Shown here in pieces: positions 49,391 through 63,700 of a stretch of DNA of 64,000 bases. The DNA is from Eledone cirrhosa. Lineage: Eukaryota. Made by a program: the position numbers and the translations under genes. The stretch lies in assembly GCA_964016885.1 (NCBI GenBank), contig OZ024743.1, positions 338,768,001 through 338,832,000 of the forward strand, given 5' to 3'. Position 1 is the first letter of the stretch. The number at the start of each line of letters is the position of its first letter. The notes beneath the pieces were generated by a model. The model had not been told where the DNA came from. It did not search any database and saw nothing but the letters and a program-made list of their open reading frames with translations.

Positions 49391-50534
49391 GTAAGATATA
49401 TCTATTTATCTGTCATCATCATTATTTAACATCCACTTTCCTTGCTAGCCAGGGTTGGACAGACTGAGTCTGTGCAGAAGCAGGACCACTGACCTCTCAG
49501 ACAGGCTGGAGGTTCTCAAGTCGCTTACATATCGTTCTGTGTTCTACCATTTTATCATGATACCAGCACTAGAGATGCTGTCATGTCTTTGACACAAGTG
49601 AAGGACCCCCCAACCTTTGGTTTGGCAAGATTTCTATGGCTAGATGCCCTTCCTAACACCAACCATTTTGCAGTGTCTTCTGGGTACTTTTATGATGCAG
49701 ATCACCAACACTAAAGAGACTATCATGTCCTTGACACAACTGGAAGGTCTTCCCAATAACAATATTTTTTTAGCATGATCTCCAATGATGTTCAAATGTA
49801 TTTTCCACAGCCCCCTCCAAAAAATTTAATATTCAATTTACCAATTTTTGGACAGCAATAATGTTCCCTGATGATAGTGTTGCTAAAAAGTTGTATCTCC
49901 AAAATTTCTTGTTATCAGTTATGAAATGTGAACAAAACAAACATTTCATGGCTGCCACGGAGGCTAGATGGAAGCTAGCATGTCAGCTAGTATTCTTACA
50001 TAATCTACCCTCAGGTCCCAAATAATAGGAAGTTTGCAATAAGTGTGTGTGTGGGGGGGGGGGGGTCATTTGCTTAATTCTTATAAGTGGAAGTGGGGTG
50101 GTCAGTAATTTTACAGTGTATGTTCGTAAATATGGGATTTCTTGTAATGATCTTTTCTAATCATATATAATGTTTTTTTAATGTAAAATAAAATCATTAG
50201 ATTCTCCAGATGCTGTATTAATATGAATCACTCACAATAAAATTTCGCTGAAGATAGATTAGCAAAATATAATAAGCTAGGGAATTTGGAAAAAATCTGA
50301 AAAATTAATAAGCGAAGTGGGATAATTCTTCAAGACCTGAGAGTACTTGATGTGTGTATCCCGTGTTTTAGAATAGGTAAACAGTATCCTTGCATGTGAA
50401 AAGAGGCAACAAAAAGGGTTGGTGTCAAGAAGGGCATCTGGGTGTAAAACATCCTATCCAACCCATGCTGGCATGGAAAATTGGATGAAAAATGAGGATG
50501 ATAAAGACAAATGAATCTTGTATTTTCTTAACAG

Positions 50535-50649
50535 GTTCTTGGAGATGTGGAAAAAAGAAAACAATATGATTTATTTGGAATGTCTGGACAGAGTGGTTTT
50601 GGTGGTGCCAGTAGCCAACGATCACATGGATTTGGTAGTACACAATCGG
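50535..50649 (+). CDS. DNAJA3: DNAJA3 exon, end of J-domain and G/F-rich region
   Basis: VLGDVEKRKQYDLFGMSGQSGFGGASSQRSHGFGSTQS; taacag|...|gtaag; phase 0 to 1. Confidence 0.93.
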
Positions 50650-51049
50650 GTAAGACATAATTAACTGTTGTTGTTTAAACCCAGGTTAGCCCAGATTGAA
50701 CCAACATATAATTAATGGTGTTCCAGCTATGACTATCCTTTTTTTCTTCAGATATAGTATGTCTAATTGTTTAATTCTACATTATCAGGTGTATCCTTTA
50801 TATTTCTTGGTATTCCTTTTTCTCTACTTCCTTCTACATTCATTCCCATCACTCCTCTTAATGTCACTTTCACCATTCCTCAACAACCCATCCATCTCAT
50901 TCTATTTCTCTTCACAACATTCATCACTGCCTCTATTCCTCTCATTATCCTCTACAATCCATTGTTTATCTTTCTCCCTTTCAACAATATTCCACCTTCA
51001 ACCAAACCATTCTTTCTTCCAATCTTGTCCTTGTCTGTTGCATTACATT

Positions 51050-51255
51050 CATCACTCATGTCTCACTCATCTCCAATCTCTCCATCCATCTCGTGTCTCA
51101 CTCCCACTCATCTTTGATCCATCCTTCTCATGTCTCACTCATCTCTGATCCATCTGTCTCATGTCTCACTCTCACTCATCTCCAACTTTCCATCCTTTTC
51201 GTGTCTCACTCTCACTCATCTCCGATCCATCCTTATCATGTCTCACTCCCATGAA
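51050..51255. repeat. Degenerate minisatellite (TCATGTCTCACTCATCTC..CATCC)
   Basis: Direct inspection; ends ~50 nt upstream of the 51308 acceptor. Confidence 0.75.
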
Positions 51256-51307
51256 TCATGGCATTTAAACTGTGTGGATTATATTGTCTTTTCTTGTCTT
51301 TTCCAAG

Positions 51308-51447
51308 GTTTTGAAAATTTCCAAAGTACAATAAACCCTGAAGAACTTTTCAGGAAAATCTTTGGTGATGCTGGCTTTAAAATGTCTGGCTTTGGTAACT
51401 TTCAAGATTTTGAAGAATCAAAATTTGGGTTTGCACCAGCTTCTGAG
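51308..51447 (+). CDS. DNAJA3: DNAJA3 exon, G/F region
   Basis: GFENFQSTINPEELFRKIFGDAGF...APASE; PEELFRKIFG is typical of Tid1; phases fit. Confidence 0.93.
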
Positions 51448-53169
51448 GTAAAGAAAACATTACAAGTGATTTTTACTATCAATTTCATCATCATCATTAC
51501 CAGCAGCAGCATTATCATCACTACCATCATCATCATAAAGCATACATCCAGTGAAACCTCCATTCCACACTGTAAAGTACTTGTGACGGCAACATGGCAA
51601 AAAGGGACACAGCCCACACTGTAAATGAGAGTGGCGCTAGAAAGGCCATCCAGTTGTAGAAACCAAACCAAAATTGGTTCTGTATGAGCAAGACATGGTC
51701 ACCTGACTGTGCATTGCTCACAACAGGATAACTCAGCTAACTCATGCCAGCATGGAAATGCAGCATGGAGAAATGGACGTTAAACAGAGATGATGAGGGC
51801 GATCACTATCATACTCATCACCACATTACCATCATTAATAAAGAAGCAGACAACCCCCCCTCCCCCCCTCGTTCCACTGAGGTTAAATCTGTCTCTTGAT
51901 AAATGTTCAATGTCTACCTCATTTATCAGGATTGGGAAATGTCTTTGATATATACTGTATTTATCAATTGGGAGATATGTAAGAAATTTATCAATATCTG
52001 GATATATTTATTGAATTTATTGATATTGAGAAATATGTATTGGGTTTACAATATCTGGTGATATGTGTAGAAGTATTTTTCCGTGCTAGCATGGGTTAGA
52101 CAAGTTGTCCCATTGTGAGACAAGCCAGATCAGATAACTGTGACTTGCTCACACAGAACTGTTTCTGGCTTGGTTTCTACGGCTGGATGCCCTTCTTAAC
52201 GCTAATCATATTTACAATGTGGACTGGGTGCTCTTTCTCATGACACCTACACGACCACACTACATTGTGAATCAAATTGATTGAATTTGTCAAAATCGTC
52301 AACTATATACATGTATTTAATACTGATCAGTGTGTATATACACACATCTCATCATCATCATCATCATCATCCCCGTTTTACATCCGTTCTTCCACGCTAG
52401 CATGGGTTAGACAGATTGTCCTGTTGTGGGCAGTGTCCGGTCGGCTGACTTTGTTTGCTCATATGGGAACTGGTTCTGGCTTAATTTCTACAGCTGGATG
52501 CCCTTCCTAACACCAACCTCATTTACAGTGAGTGCTGGGGGCTTTTTTGCCGTGGCACCTACATGACCACTTTGCAGTGGAATGATGGGGACCCCAGTCC
52601 TATCATCTCATTTCTACAGCTGAGTAAACTGGAGCAAAGTAAAATAAAGTGTCTTGCTCAAGGAAACAACGCATCACCCGGACCGAAACCACTAAGCCAT
52701 GCGCCTTTATATATATATATATATATATGAGTTTGGTTATACAAGCAAGAAAAACAAAACTCATGAGTAGAGTGGTGTATATTTTATTATAGTTGTGAAG
52801 AAGGCAGTCAATTGGCAATAACAGTAGGGTCTCGGATAGAATTATTTGCAGTAGTTAGTTACAACAAAGTAAAGTTGAACTCAGAATATAGAAATTCTGA
52901 GTTCAAATCCCACTGAGGTCAACTTTACTTTTTATCATCCTGGGGTAAATAAAATAAATTACCAGTTAAATACTGGGGTCAGTATAATCAACTGTCCCCT
53001 TACCCCCCAAAATTGCTGGCTCTGTGTCAATGTTAGAAAGAATTATAGTTGTGAAGTTATACCAATAACTCGAGGGCTAGGAGTTGTGTACCTAAGAGCT
53101 GTTTTGGATGAATGTTACATCTCATATAGTCTTTACCTTTAAATTGTTGTTTTTTATTTAACTGTGCAG

Positions 53170-53322
53170 TTTTACATGAATATAACGTTTGAAGAAGCTG
53201 CTCGAGGTATCAACAAAGATATTAGTGTGAATGTCAAAGACCTCTGTCCAAAGTGTGGAGGTAAGAAGGCTGAACCTGGCACCAAACCAATCAGATGTCA
53301 TTTCTGTAATGGTACCGGCGTA
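53170..53322 (+). CDS. DNAJA3: DNAJA3 exon, zinc fingers 1-2
   Basis: FYMNITFEEAARG...CPKCGGKKAEPGTKPIRCHFCNGTGV; gtgcag|...|gtgagt. Confidence 0.95.
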
Positions 53323-53878
53323 GTGAGTATTAACGCCTTTTATTTTATTTTTTACTGGGGGGGGGGGGGGGGGGGGGGGCATTTTCATCATGTGTGTGTG
53401 TCATTATTATCATCATCGTGGGCGGTGGATTGGCAGTATCGGTAGAGGGTCGGACGCCATTCTTTCCAGCATAGTTACGTCCCTTTACGATCTGAGTTCA
53501 AATCTCACCGAGGTTGTCTTTGCCTTTCATCCTTACAGGGTTGATAAAATAAAGTACCAGTAATTGCTGGCCTTGTGCCTAAAGTAGAAACAATTATTAT
53601 CATCATCATGACTGTGTGTCATTTTCATCACCATGATTGTGTGTGTGTGTATGTGATTTTACATCATCTTGACCCTATGTGTGTGATATTCATCATCATT
53701 ACTCTGTGTGTGTGTGTTATTTTCATCATCACGACCGTGTGTGTATTTATGTGTGTGTGTGTGTCATGAACACCATTGTCATTATGAATGTTGTAAAGAG
53801 AAATGGAATAAGTTTGACTGTTGAAGAAGTATGTCAGTGACTGAGTGAGAGGATTGATGGAAATGAATGTAGAAGGGA

Positions 53879-54118
53879 TTAACCCTTTCATGACTGCATT
53901 TTTAATGAAATACACTCTATTTCAATTAATTAATGAAGAATTTTGAGGGATTTACTAAAATTATTAATAATTTCAGTACTAAGATAGTAACTTAATGTAA
54001 GGTTCTTATATAAAGTTATGTTGGAAGATTTTAATTTAAATTGGAAACCTTTAATATGGGTGGTTATATTTCATAGAACTAAAACCAGTTTTGGCCAGGT
54101 TGGTAACAAAAGGGTTAA
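53879..54118. mobile_element. Second TTAA-flanked MITE type
   Basis: TTAACCCTTT...AAAGGGTTAA ends with a different interior. Confidence 0.55.
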
Positions 54119-54820
54119 AGGAAGAGGAATATCAAGAAAGACATGGCTTAAGATGATGGAGTAGGAAATGTTTGTTTGTGAGAGGGGTGCAATTAATATG
54201 GTAAAAGGGTGAAGCCTATCATAGGTCTAGCAAGGCTAATCCCTTTAGCAAAGGAAATGGCCTTAACTCTTTAGCATTTAAACCGACCATATCTGGCCAG
54301 AATTTTCTCACCTCTTTCTGTTCAAACTGGCTGTAACCAGCTACTCATACTTATGTTAAGATATTGTTCTTAAAATAGATTCAATATCATGTGAGGTAAA
54401 GCCTTTACCGTGAAAATATAATAGTAAATATAGAGTAATGTAAATGCTAAAGGGTTTAAATGTTTTTTGTTGTGTGTGTGAGCCTACATGCATGTTTATG
54501 TGTATCTTTCCATTTTAGAAAATAAAGTTGTACGTGTTGTGCTTTATATCATAGACTGTATGCGATCCAGCCCATAGCCACCTGAGTGATAAATCACTTC
54601 ATCTCTCTCTCGCTCTTCCACTCCCCCTCTCTCCATCTCCCTCCCTACAATATGAGCGTATGATTTTGTTTAATCCTTTTGATACCTACCTGCTTAAAAC
54701 CAGCTCTGGTTCTGTCAAATTGGATCACTTATTTTAAAAGGTTCCTATTTAAATTAAAAACCTTCCAAGATTTCTCTCTCTCGCTCCTTGTCTCAGTTTG
54801 TCTGTCTCTTTCTCTCACTG

Positions 54821-54851
<31 letters not shown>

Positions 54852-54859
54852 TCTCACAG

Positions 54860-55007
54860 GAAACAGTAAGCACTGGACCGTTTGTGATGCAAACAACATG
54901 TCGGAAGTGTCACGGTTCCAAGGTCCTTATCAGTCATCCATGTTCCGAATGTGATGGCAAAGGTCAGATGATCCTACGGAAACGACTCACAGTTCCTGTA
55001 CCTGCAG
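54860..55007 (+). CDS. DNAJA3: DNAJA3 exon, zinc fingers 3-4
   Basis: ETVSTGPFVMQTTCRKCHG...CSECDGKG...VPVPA; cacag|...|gtatg. Confidence 0.95.
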
Positions 55008-56309
55008 GTATGTAGGCGGCGGCGGTGGTAGTGGTTGTTGTGATGGTGGTGGGTTGGGTTGGGTTGGGTTTGGTAACACCAATGGTGGTAGTGGGGATGT
55101 GGTTTGGTTTGGGAACACCGATGCTGGTGGTGGCAGTAGTGGTAGTTATGGATGTGATTAATGTGATGGTGGTAGCAGTGGTGGTTATGATGGTAGTGTC
55201 GGTGGTTATGATGGTAGCGGCAGTGGTAGTAGTGGTGGTAGTGCTACTGCTATTACTTGGGAGAGACTGAGGTAGAGTGGATGTGATTTATGATACAGTA
55301 AATATAATAAATATTGGATGGGGGGAGTCTTTTATCCATGCTAGCATGGAAAATGGACGTTAAACAATGATGATGATTATATTGTATTTGAAGGTAGCTC
55401 CCATGAATATGATACGTAAATGTTGATCTAGAAAGTTCCAGTAATTTTGTTTTTATCACAGTGTCAATCTCAACAGAAATAGCTCAACTCTCATCAGTTA
55501 TGTCTGTCTAGGGCAGTGGATTGGCAGAGTAGTTAGAACCTCAGACAAAATACTTTGCAGTATTTAGTTACGACAGTCCACATTCTGATTTCAAATCTTG
55601 CCACGGTCAACTTTACATTTCATCCTTCAGGAGTCCATAAAATAAAGTACCAGTTAAATAATGGGGTCAATATAATCAACTTTCTTCTTCTTTTCCCAAA
55701 TTGCTATCCTTGTTCCAATGTTAGAAACAATTATTTTATGTCCAATTTCTATGCTGGCCTGGCTTGGTCAAGTCACCATGGTCAGAGACAAGACATAGTC
55801 AAAATGCTACATCTTACTCATGCATTCCATTTTGTAGCATGGTTTCTACAGCTGGATATTTCTTAATGCCAAACACTTCACAAAGTTACTCATACATTTA
55901 ATCCTGTATATCATTTGTACCAACATGCGGAATATTTAACCCTTTAACATTCACATTACTCTATATATACTATTGTATTTTGATAGTAAACACTTTATCT
56001 TACATAATTATCTCACATAATATCGAATCTATGAGATTTTGATGTTATTTATCTTGAGAATAATACCTTAACATCAGTATGAGTGGCCAGTTACAGCTGA
56101 TTTGAACAGAAAGAGGTGAGACATTTCTGGCCGGATACGGCCGGTTTGAATGCTAAAGGGTTAAGTAATTATGTGCTAGAAATAAATTATAAAAATATAA
56201 TTTTAATCTTTAATCACTTCCACATGTCTGTATTTAACATAAATTATAAGGTTTTTCTTATGCAAGCCATAAATTTATCAAAATGCAAGTTTCCCAGTTT
56301 GTATGATTG

Positions 56310-57700
56310 TTCATCATCATCATCATCATCAACGTTTAACGTCCGTGTTCCACGCTTGCATGGGTTTGGACGGGGGTAGTCCCACTTGAGGCAAGAGTGA
56401 TTGTCTTGCCCGCATAGGACTGTCTGGCAGGTTTTCTACAGTTGGATGCCCTTCCTAACACCAACCACATTTACAGTGTGGGTCTGGGAGGTTTTTACCG
56501 TGTTGCCTACACGGCCACATTACAGCGTGGACTGTGTGTTTTTTTGTCGTGACACCTACACGATCTCATTTGTTTCGGCCTGGATGGTGTGGCACCAATA
56601 TAACTTTACATAGAACGGGGGGGGGGGGGTATTTTGTTAGAGATGCCTACTGGCTGTAGTAGGTTTTACTATGTATTTTGGTAAGGCGGGTCTTCTCTGT
56701 TACTGAGTACCGCCAAAGGTCTCGGTCCAGTGACATTGTCTTGGAGAGGTGTAAGTGTGTGAGGTCGGAGTTTATCAGCTCGTCCCAGGTTTTTCTACGT
56801 CTGCCTATTCCGTGGCTACCGTCTATCTTTATTGCCCTGCACTTTGTTATACAGCTATCGACTTTCATACGCATCACGTGTCCATACCAACGTAGCCTTC
56901 TCTCGAGTAAACAACATCTGATCCCTCTTATTTCTAATTTTTTCCTTAGTTCGTTTATGCTTTGCCGTTCACGTATATTACTGTTACACATCCAGCGGAG
57001 CATGCAAGCTTCGTTCCTCTCTAGTCTGCGTATATCCTCTGCACACAATGCCCAGGTCTCACTGCCATGCAACATTGCTGTTCGTATGCAGGCATCGTAC
57101 AACCTGCCTTTCATTTTTAGGGAGAACCCTTTAGCAGCTAATAGTGGTATAAGCTCTCTGAACTTTTTCCAACCAGTTCTGACTCTAGCTACTGTACTTT
57201 CAGAGCACCCTCCCCCACTGCTGATTTTATCACCCAGGTAACGGAAGCTGTCCACTATTTCTATAGAACCCTCTGCGCAATTGAAAGAGCTAGTATTTTG
57301 TGGGTACTTGCTGCTACTTATTGCACCAGAGCACCGGCCACATGTAAAATCTATGTTCTTAGTTAGCTTACCTGTGATCCCACTACATCTTTTATGCACC
57401 CATACTTTGCATTTAGGACATAAAATGGAGTTTCTACCTACGCCTTTCCTACACACCGAGCACGACCATTTCCCAGAAGGGACCGCCACCTTATTTTCTT
57501 TCCTACAAACTAGAACTTTAGTCTTAGCCAGGTTAATTTTAAGTCCTTTTGATTCTAGGCCGTGCTTCCATGCTTGGAATTTCTTCTCTAGCTCGGCCAT
57601 TGATTCCGCTATGAGTGTCAGGTCGTCTGCGTATAGGAGTTCCCATGGGCAGCCGGTCTTGAACTCCTCTGTTATAGCCTGAAGGGCAATAATAAATATC
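56310..57700 (-). mobile_element. RTE LINE, 5'-truncated, intronic antisense
   Basis: LLYADD, PHD-like Cys cluster, FRYLG, MLHGSETW, RRLRWYGHV; (CAT)n tail. Confidence 0.92.
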
Positions 57701-57901
57701 CAATAATCCTGGTATATATGGCATACCAATCCTGGACTCCAAAAATTCAGCACATTCAAAGCTATTGTCAGCATTATTGATGGCACTGATCTACTAGTAT
57801 AGTTAAATAAGCATCATTATAGAAGAGTGTTTTAGGAGAATATTCTATGATAAACCATGTATAACCCTTTAATTCTAAATATCTCTCATATTTCTCTGCA
57901 G

Positions 57902-57966
57902 GTGTTGAAGATGGTCAAACAGTACGAATGTCTGTTGGGACACAGGAAATTTTCATTACTTTTAAG
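57902..57966 (+). CDS. DNAJA3: DNAJA3 exon, C-terminal domain
   Basis: GVEDGQTVRMSVGTQEIFITFK; tgcag|...|gtgag. Confidence 0.93.
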
Positions 57967-58231
57967 GTGAGTTAACTTCTGTTTTAACTTTTTTTGTCAC
58001 CATATGTCTAACAAGAATATACTGCCAACACTACCACCACCACCACCATCAATACCAACAGCAACACCATCATTACCACCAACACACCAATATCACCATC
58101 AATACCATCAACAACACTACCAACACCATCATTACCACCAACAACACCACCTCCACTACCAACACAATCATTGCCACCACCATCAATACCACCACTACTA
58201 CTAATACTATTTTCTACCTGTAATATTTCAG

Positions 58232-58360
58232 GTTTCCAAAAGTAAACAGTTTAGGCGTGAAGGTGCCGATATCCACAGCAATGTCCACATCAGTTTAACA
58301 CAAGCAGTTCTAGGAGGTACGAAGAAGATCCAAGGAATTTATGAAAAACTCTTGGTGAAT
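58232..58360 (+). CDS. DNAJA3: DNAJA3 exon, C-terminal domain; gene continues beyond window
   Basis: VSKSKQFRREGADIHSNVHISLTQAVLGGTKKIQGIYEKLLVN; tttcag|...|gtaag. Confidence 0.93.
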
Positions 58361-58389
58361 GTAAGTCATCCAGTAATTGTGTTTACATG

Positions 58390-58590
58390 GTAGGTCTTGA
58401 AGGAGGGACAGTGCCCATGGCCTTCACAGACCCTCCAGGACTAGTCAGAGTGATACTGTTAATGTTTTGTTTAGGTTTTGAGGGAGGGACAGTGTCCATG
58501 GCCTTCACAGACCCTCTCGAATCTGTCTATAATACCATTAATGTTCCATTTAGGTTTTGAGGGAGGGACAGTGCCCATCACTTTCCAGAC
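58390..58590. repeat. ~80-bp tandem repeat, ~2.5 copies
   Basis: GGAGGGACAGTG.CCATGGCCTTCACAGAC recurs at ~58402, 58484, 58562. Confidence 0.8.
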
Positions 58591-58654
58591 ATCACATTGA
58601 AATATGTATGTGTGTGTGTCCGTAATGATAATGGTGTACTTGCGCTCACTGATA

Positions 58655-60738
58655 CTGATAAGAAGATAGCCTGGAAGTGACACTATGAGAGACTATTAAA
58701 TGAGGAGAATAAATGGGAAAAAGATAATCTGCTCCAAATCGATCCAATAGAAGGACCAGCGGTGCAAGTTAAAGGTAGTATAATAAGTAAGGCAATCAAA
58801 GATATGAAGACGGGTAAGGCAGCTGGGCCTTCGGAGATAGTTGCTGAGATGTTGAAGGCATCTGGTATGGTGGGACACACTATGGTCACCCGTATAGTTA
58901 ACCAAGTAATACAGAATGGGGTCATACCGAAAGACTGGCGTAGCAGCATCATCATTAACTGCTACAAGGGTAAAGGGGATGCTCTAGATAGGGGAAACTA
59001 TAGAGGCATTAAGTTAGTTGACCAGGTCATGAAGGTCACAGAAAGAGTTATAGCGCAACTAATCAGAGAGAGAATTGATCTAGATGAAATGCAGTTTGGG
59101 TTTGTGTCAGGTAAAAGTACCACAGACGCTTTTTCCTTGTACGACAACTACAAGAGAAGTACCTAGCTAAAAATAAACCCCTCTACTTAGCTTTTGTAGA
59201 CCTGGAGAAAGCTTTTGACAGAGTCCCCCGCTTCATTATCTGGTGGGCTCTTAGAAAATTAGGTGTAGATGAATGGCTTGTGAGAGCTATACAAGCTATG
59301 TATAATGAAACAATCAGTAAGGTTAGAATTAACAATGAATATTGTGAAGAATTTAGTGTAAAAGTTGGCGTTCATCAAGGCTCTGTCCTTAGCCCCCTCT
59401 TATTTATTATTGCCCTTCAGGCTATAACAGAGGAGTTCAAGACCGGCTGCCAATGGGAACTCCTATACTCCTATAGCTGAATCAATGGCTGAACTAGAGA
59501 AGAAATTCGAAACATGGAAGCATGGCCTAGAATCAAAAGGCCTTAAAGTTAACTTGTCTAAGACTAAAGTTCTAGTTTGTAGAAAGGAAAATAGGGCACA
59601 GGTGCCCTCAGGGAAATGGCCATGCTCAGTGTGTAGGAAAGGAGTAGGCAGAAATTCCGTTTTATGTCCCAAATGCAAAGTATGGGTACATAAAAGATGT
59701 AGTGGAATCACAGGTAAACTATCTAAGAACATAGACTTTATGTGGCCAATGCTCAGGTGCAATAAGTAGCAAGTGTCCAAAGGATACTAGCTCCTTCCAT
59801 TGCCCAGATGGTTCTATAGAAATAGTAGACACTTTCCGTTACCTGGGTGACGAATTCAGCAGTGGTGGAGGGTGTTCTGAAAGTACAGTAGCCAGAGTCA
59901 GAACGAGATGGAAAAAATTCAGAGAGCTTATGCCGCTGTTGGCCACAAAAGGTTTCTCTCTAAAAATGAAAGGCAGATTGTATGATGCCTGTATACAAAC
60001 AGCAATGCTACATGGCAGTGAGACATGGGCATTACATGCAGAGGACCTGCGTAGACTGGAAAGGAACGAAGCATGCATGCTCCGTTGGATATTTAATAGT
60101 AATATATGTGAACGGCAATGCATAAATGAACTAAGTAAGAAATTAGGAATAAGAGGGATCAGATGCTGTTTACTTGAGAGAAGACTACGTTGGTATGGTC
60201 ACGTGATGCGCATGAAAGACGACAGCTGTATAAAAAAGTGCAGGGCGATCAAAATTGATGGTAGTTACGGAGTAGGTAGACCCAGAAAAACCTGGGATGA
60301 TCTGATAAATTCCGACCTCACACACTTACACCTCTCTAAGACAATATCTTTGGCGCCCGCCTTGCCTATGTACAAAGCGAAACCTACAGTCAGTAGGCAC
60401 CTCATAACCAAATATACACCCCAATCTACTACCCCTACCCTATCCTACTCCCACCAACAGCACGAGAAAATGAGATCGAGTTCGTGTAGGTGTCACGACA
60501 AAAAAAACACACACCGTCCACGCTGTAATGTGGCCGTGTAGGTAACCCGGTAAAAAGTTCCCAGTTCCACACTGTAAATGTGGTTGGTGTTAGGAAGGGC
60601 ATTCAGCCGTAGAAAACCTGCCAGACAGTCCTATATGAGCGAGACACAGTCACCCAACCAGCCTTGCCTCAAGTGGGACAACTCCCGTCTAACCCATGCT
60701 AGCGTGGAAAATGGATGTTAAACGAAGATGATGATGAT
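58655..60738 (+). mobile_element. RTE LINE, 5'-truncated and frameshifted, intronic sense
   Basis: KAAGPSEI, NYRGIKL, GVHQGSVLSP, PHD-like cluster, RRLRWYGHV; (GAT)n tail. Confidence 0.92.
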
Positions 60739-60793
60739 ATGTTTTGATTTTTTTTTTCTCTCTTGATAAGACAAATCTCCCCTCCACTTCATT

Positions 60794-63700
60794 CATCATC
60801 ATCATCATCATCAGGTTTAGCGTCCGTGTTCCACGCTTGCATGGGTTTGGACGGGGGTTTTCCCACTTGAGGCAAGAGTGGTTGTCTTGCTCGCATAGGA
60901 CTGTCTGGCGGGTTTTCTACAGTTGGATGCCCTTCCTAACACCAACCACATTTACAGTGTGGGGCTGGGAGGTTTTTACCGTGTTGCCTACACGGCCACA
61001 TTACAGCGTGGACTGTCAGGCGGGTTTTCTTCAGCTGGATGCCCTTCCTAACACCAACCACATTTACAGTGTGGGGCTGGGAGGTTTTTACCGTGTTGCC
61101 TACACGGCCACATTTACAGCGTGGACTGTGTGTTTTTTTATCGTGACACCTACACGATCTCATTTGTTTCGGCCTGGATGTTGTGGGACCAACATAACTT
61201 TACATTGAAAGGGGCGGTGTGGATGGGGTGGAGGTGGTGAGACAGGGGGGGTTGATAGAGATGCCTACTGACTGTAGTAGGTTTTTACTTTGTATTTAGG
61301 TAAGGCGGGTCTTCTCTATTACTGAGTACCGCGAAAGGTCTCGGTCCAGTGACATTGTCTTGGAGAGGTGTAAGCGTGTGAGGTCGGAATTTATCAGCTC
61401 GTCCCATGTTTTTCTGGGTCTGCCTACTCCGTGGCTACCGTCTATCTTTATTGCCCTGCACTTTGTTATACAGCTGTCGTCTTTCATGCGCATCGCGTGA
61501 CCGTACCAACGTAGCCTTCTCTCAAGTAAACAACATCTGATCCCTCTTATTTCTAATTTTTTCCTTAGTTCGTTTATGCTTTGCCGTTCACGTATATTAC
61601 TATTGCACATCCAGCGGAGCATGCAAGCTTCGTTCCTCTCTAGTCTGCGTATATCCTCTGCACACAATGCCCAGGTCTCACTGCCATGCAGCATTGCTGT
61701 TCGTATGCAGGCATCGTATAACCTGCCTTTCATTTTTAGGGAGAACCCTCTAGCGGCTAATAGTGGTATAAGCTCTCTGAACTTTTTCCATCCAGTTCTG
61801 ACTCTAGCTACTGTACTTTCAGAGCACCCTCCCCCACTGCTGATTTTGTCACCCAGGTAACGGAAGCTGTCCACTATTTCTATAGAACCCTCTGCGCAGT
61901 TGAAGGAGCTAGTATTTTGTGGGCACTTGCTGCTACTTATTGCACCAGAGCACCGGCCACATGTAAAATCTATGTTCTTAGTTAGCTTACCTGTGATCCC
62001 ACTACATCTTTTATGCACCCATACTTTGCATTTGGGACATAAAATGGAGTTTCTACCTACGCCTTTCCTACACACTGAGCATGGCCATTTCCCAGATGAG
62101 ACTGCCGCCTTATTTTCTTTCCTACAAACTAGAACTTTAGTCTTAGCCAGGTTAATTTTAAGGCCTTTTGATTCTAGGCCGTGCTTCCATGTTTGGAATT
62201 TCTTCTCTAGTTCGGTCATTGATTCAGCTATGAGCGTTAGATTATCTGCGTATAGGAGTTCCCATGGGCAGCCGGTCTTGAACTCCTCTGTTATAGCCTG
62301 AAGGCTGAAGGGCAATAATAAATAGTAGGGGGCTAAGAACAGAGCCCTGATGGACACCAACTTTTACGCTAAACTCTTCACTATATTCGTTGTTAATTCT
62401 AACCTTACTGACTGTTTCTTTATACATGGCTTGTATAGCTCTCACAAGCCATTCGTCAACACCTAGTTTTCTAAGAGACCACCAGATAATGGAACGGGGG
62501 ACTCTGTCGAAGGCTTTCTCCAAGTCGACGAAAGCTAGGTATAGGGGTTTACTTTTAGCTAGGTACTTCTCCTGTAGTTGTCGTACAATGAAAAGAGCGT
62601 CTGTGGTACTTTTGCCTGACACAAACCCGAACTGCATTTCATCTAGATCAATTCTCTCTCTGATTAGTTGCGCTATTACTTTTTCCGTGACCTTCATGAC
62701 CTGGTCGATTAATTTAATGCCTCTATAGTTACTCCTATCTAGGGCATCTCCTTTTCCCTTATAGCAGTTAACGATGATGCTGCTACGCCAGTCCTTCGGA
62801 ACAACCCCATTCTGTACGACTTGGTTAACTATCCGAGTGACCATGGTGTGTCCCACCGAACCAGATGCCTTCAGCATCTCAGCAACTATTTCCGAAGGAC
62901 CAGCCGCCTTACCCGTCTTCATATCTTTGATTGCCTTGCTTATTGTACTACCCTGGACTAACACTGCTGGTCCCTCTATTGGGTCGATGTGGGGGAGACT
63001 GTCTTTCTCCCATTTGTTCTCCTCATTTAGAAGCCTTTCGTAGTGACACTTCCAAGCTACCTTCTTATCAGCGTCGGTGATGGCAAGTATGCCATCATCG
63101 TTAAGTACACACTTCTCCCCGACAATATCACGGTTTTCCTTGACACATTGCCTGGCAATCCTGAACACCTCACGTTTTTGGTCCTCACGTTGTAGAACAT
63201 GCTTGAACTTTCTTTCCTCTGCTTCCCTTCTTGCGAAGTACACTTGTCTCCTAGCTTCCCTCCTGGCCACTTGATAGTCTTCTCTACTTCCCCCATCCCG
63301 CCATGCTTTCCAAGCCTGCTTTTTGGCCTTAATTGACTCCTCCACCTTACTGTTCCACCACCATGTTACTCTCCTCCTACCTACAGGCCTGCTCCAGCCA
63401 CAGACTTCGTCTGCCGCCGTCAGCAGGTTTGCTCTCAGGAATTCCCACTGTTCCTCTATATTATACGACTCTAATTGCTCTTCCTTACTGTCGAAAGCGT
63501 CAAGTAATATGCTTTGAAATTTATTTCTGGCTATGGGGTCCTTTAGCTTCCATATTTTTCTCCTGAGGATAGTCCTCTTCCGCTGTCTTGTACGTCTCGT
63601 CCTGACTATGAGGTCGCTAATTATCAGTCTATGTTGGGAGGTGAATTCTTCATGGGGGAGGGATTTAGTGTTAACAACAGACACTCTGTCACGTCTTCTG

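Noticed and set aside
49867-49900. CTGATGA-tag/cta-AAAA
   Set aside because: No GAAA and no stem I or III; likely chance
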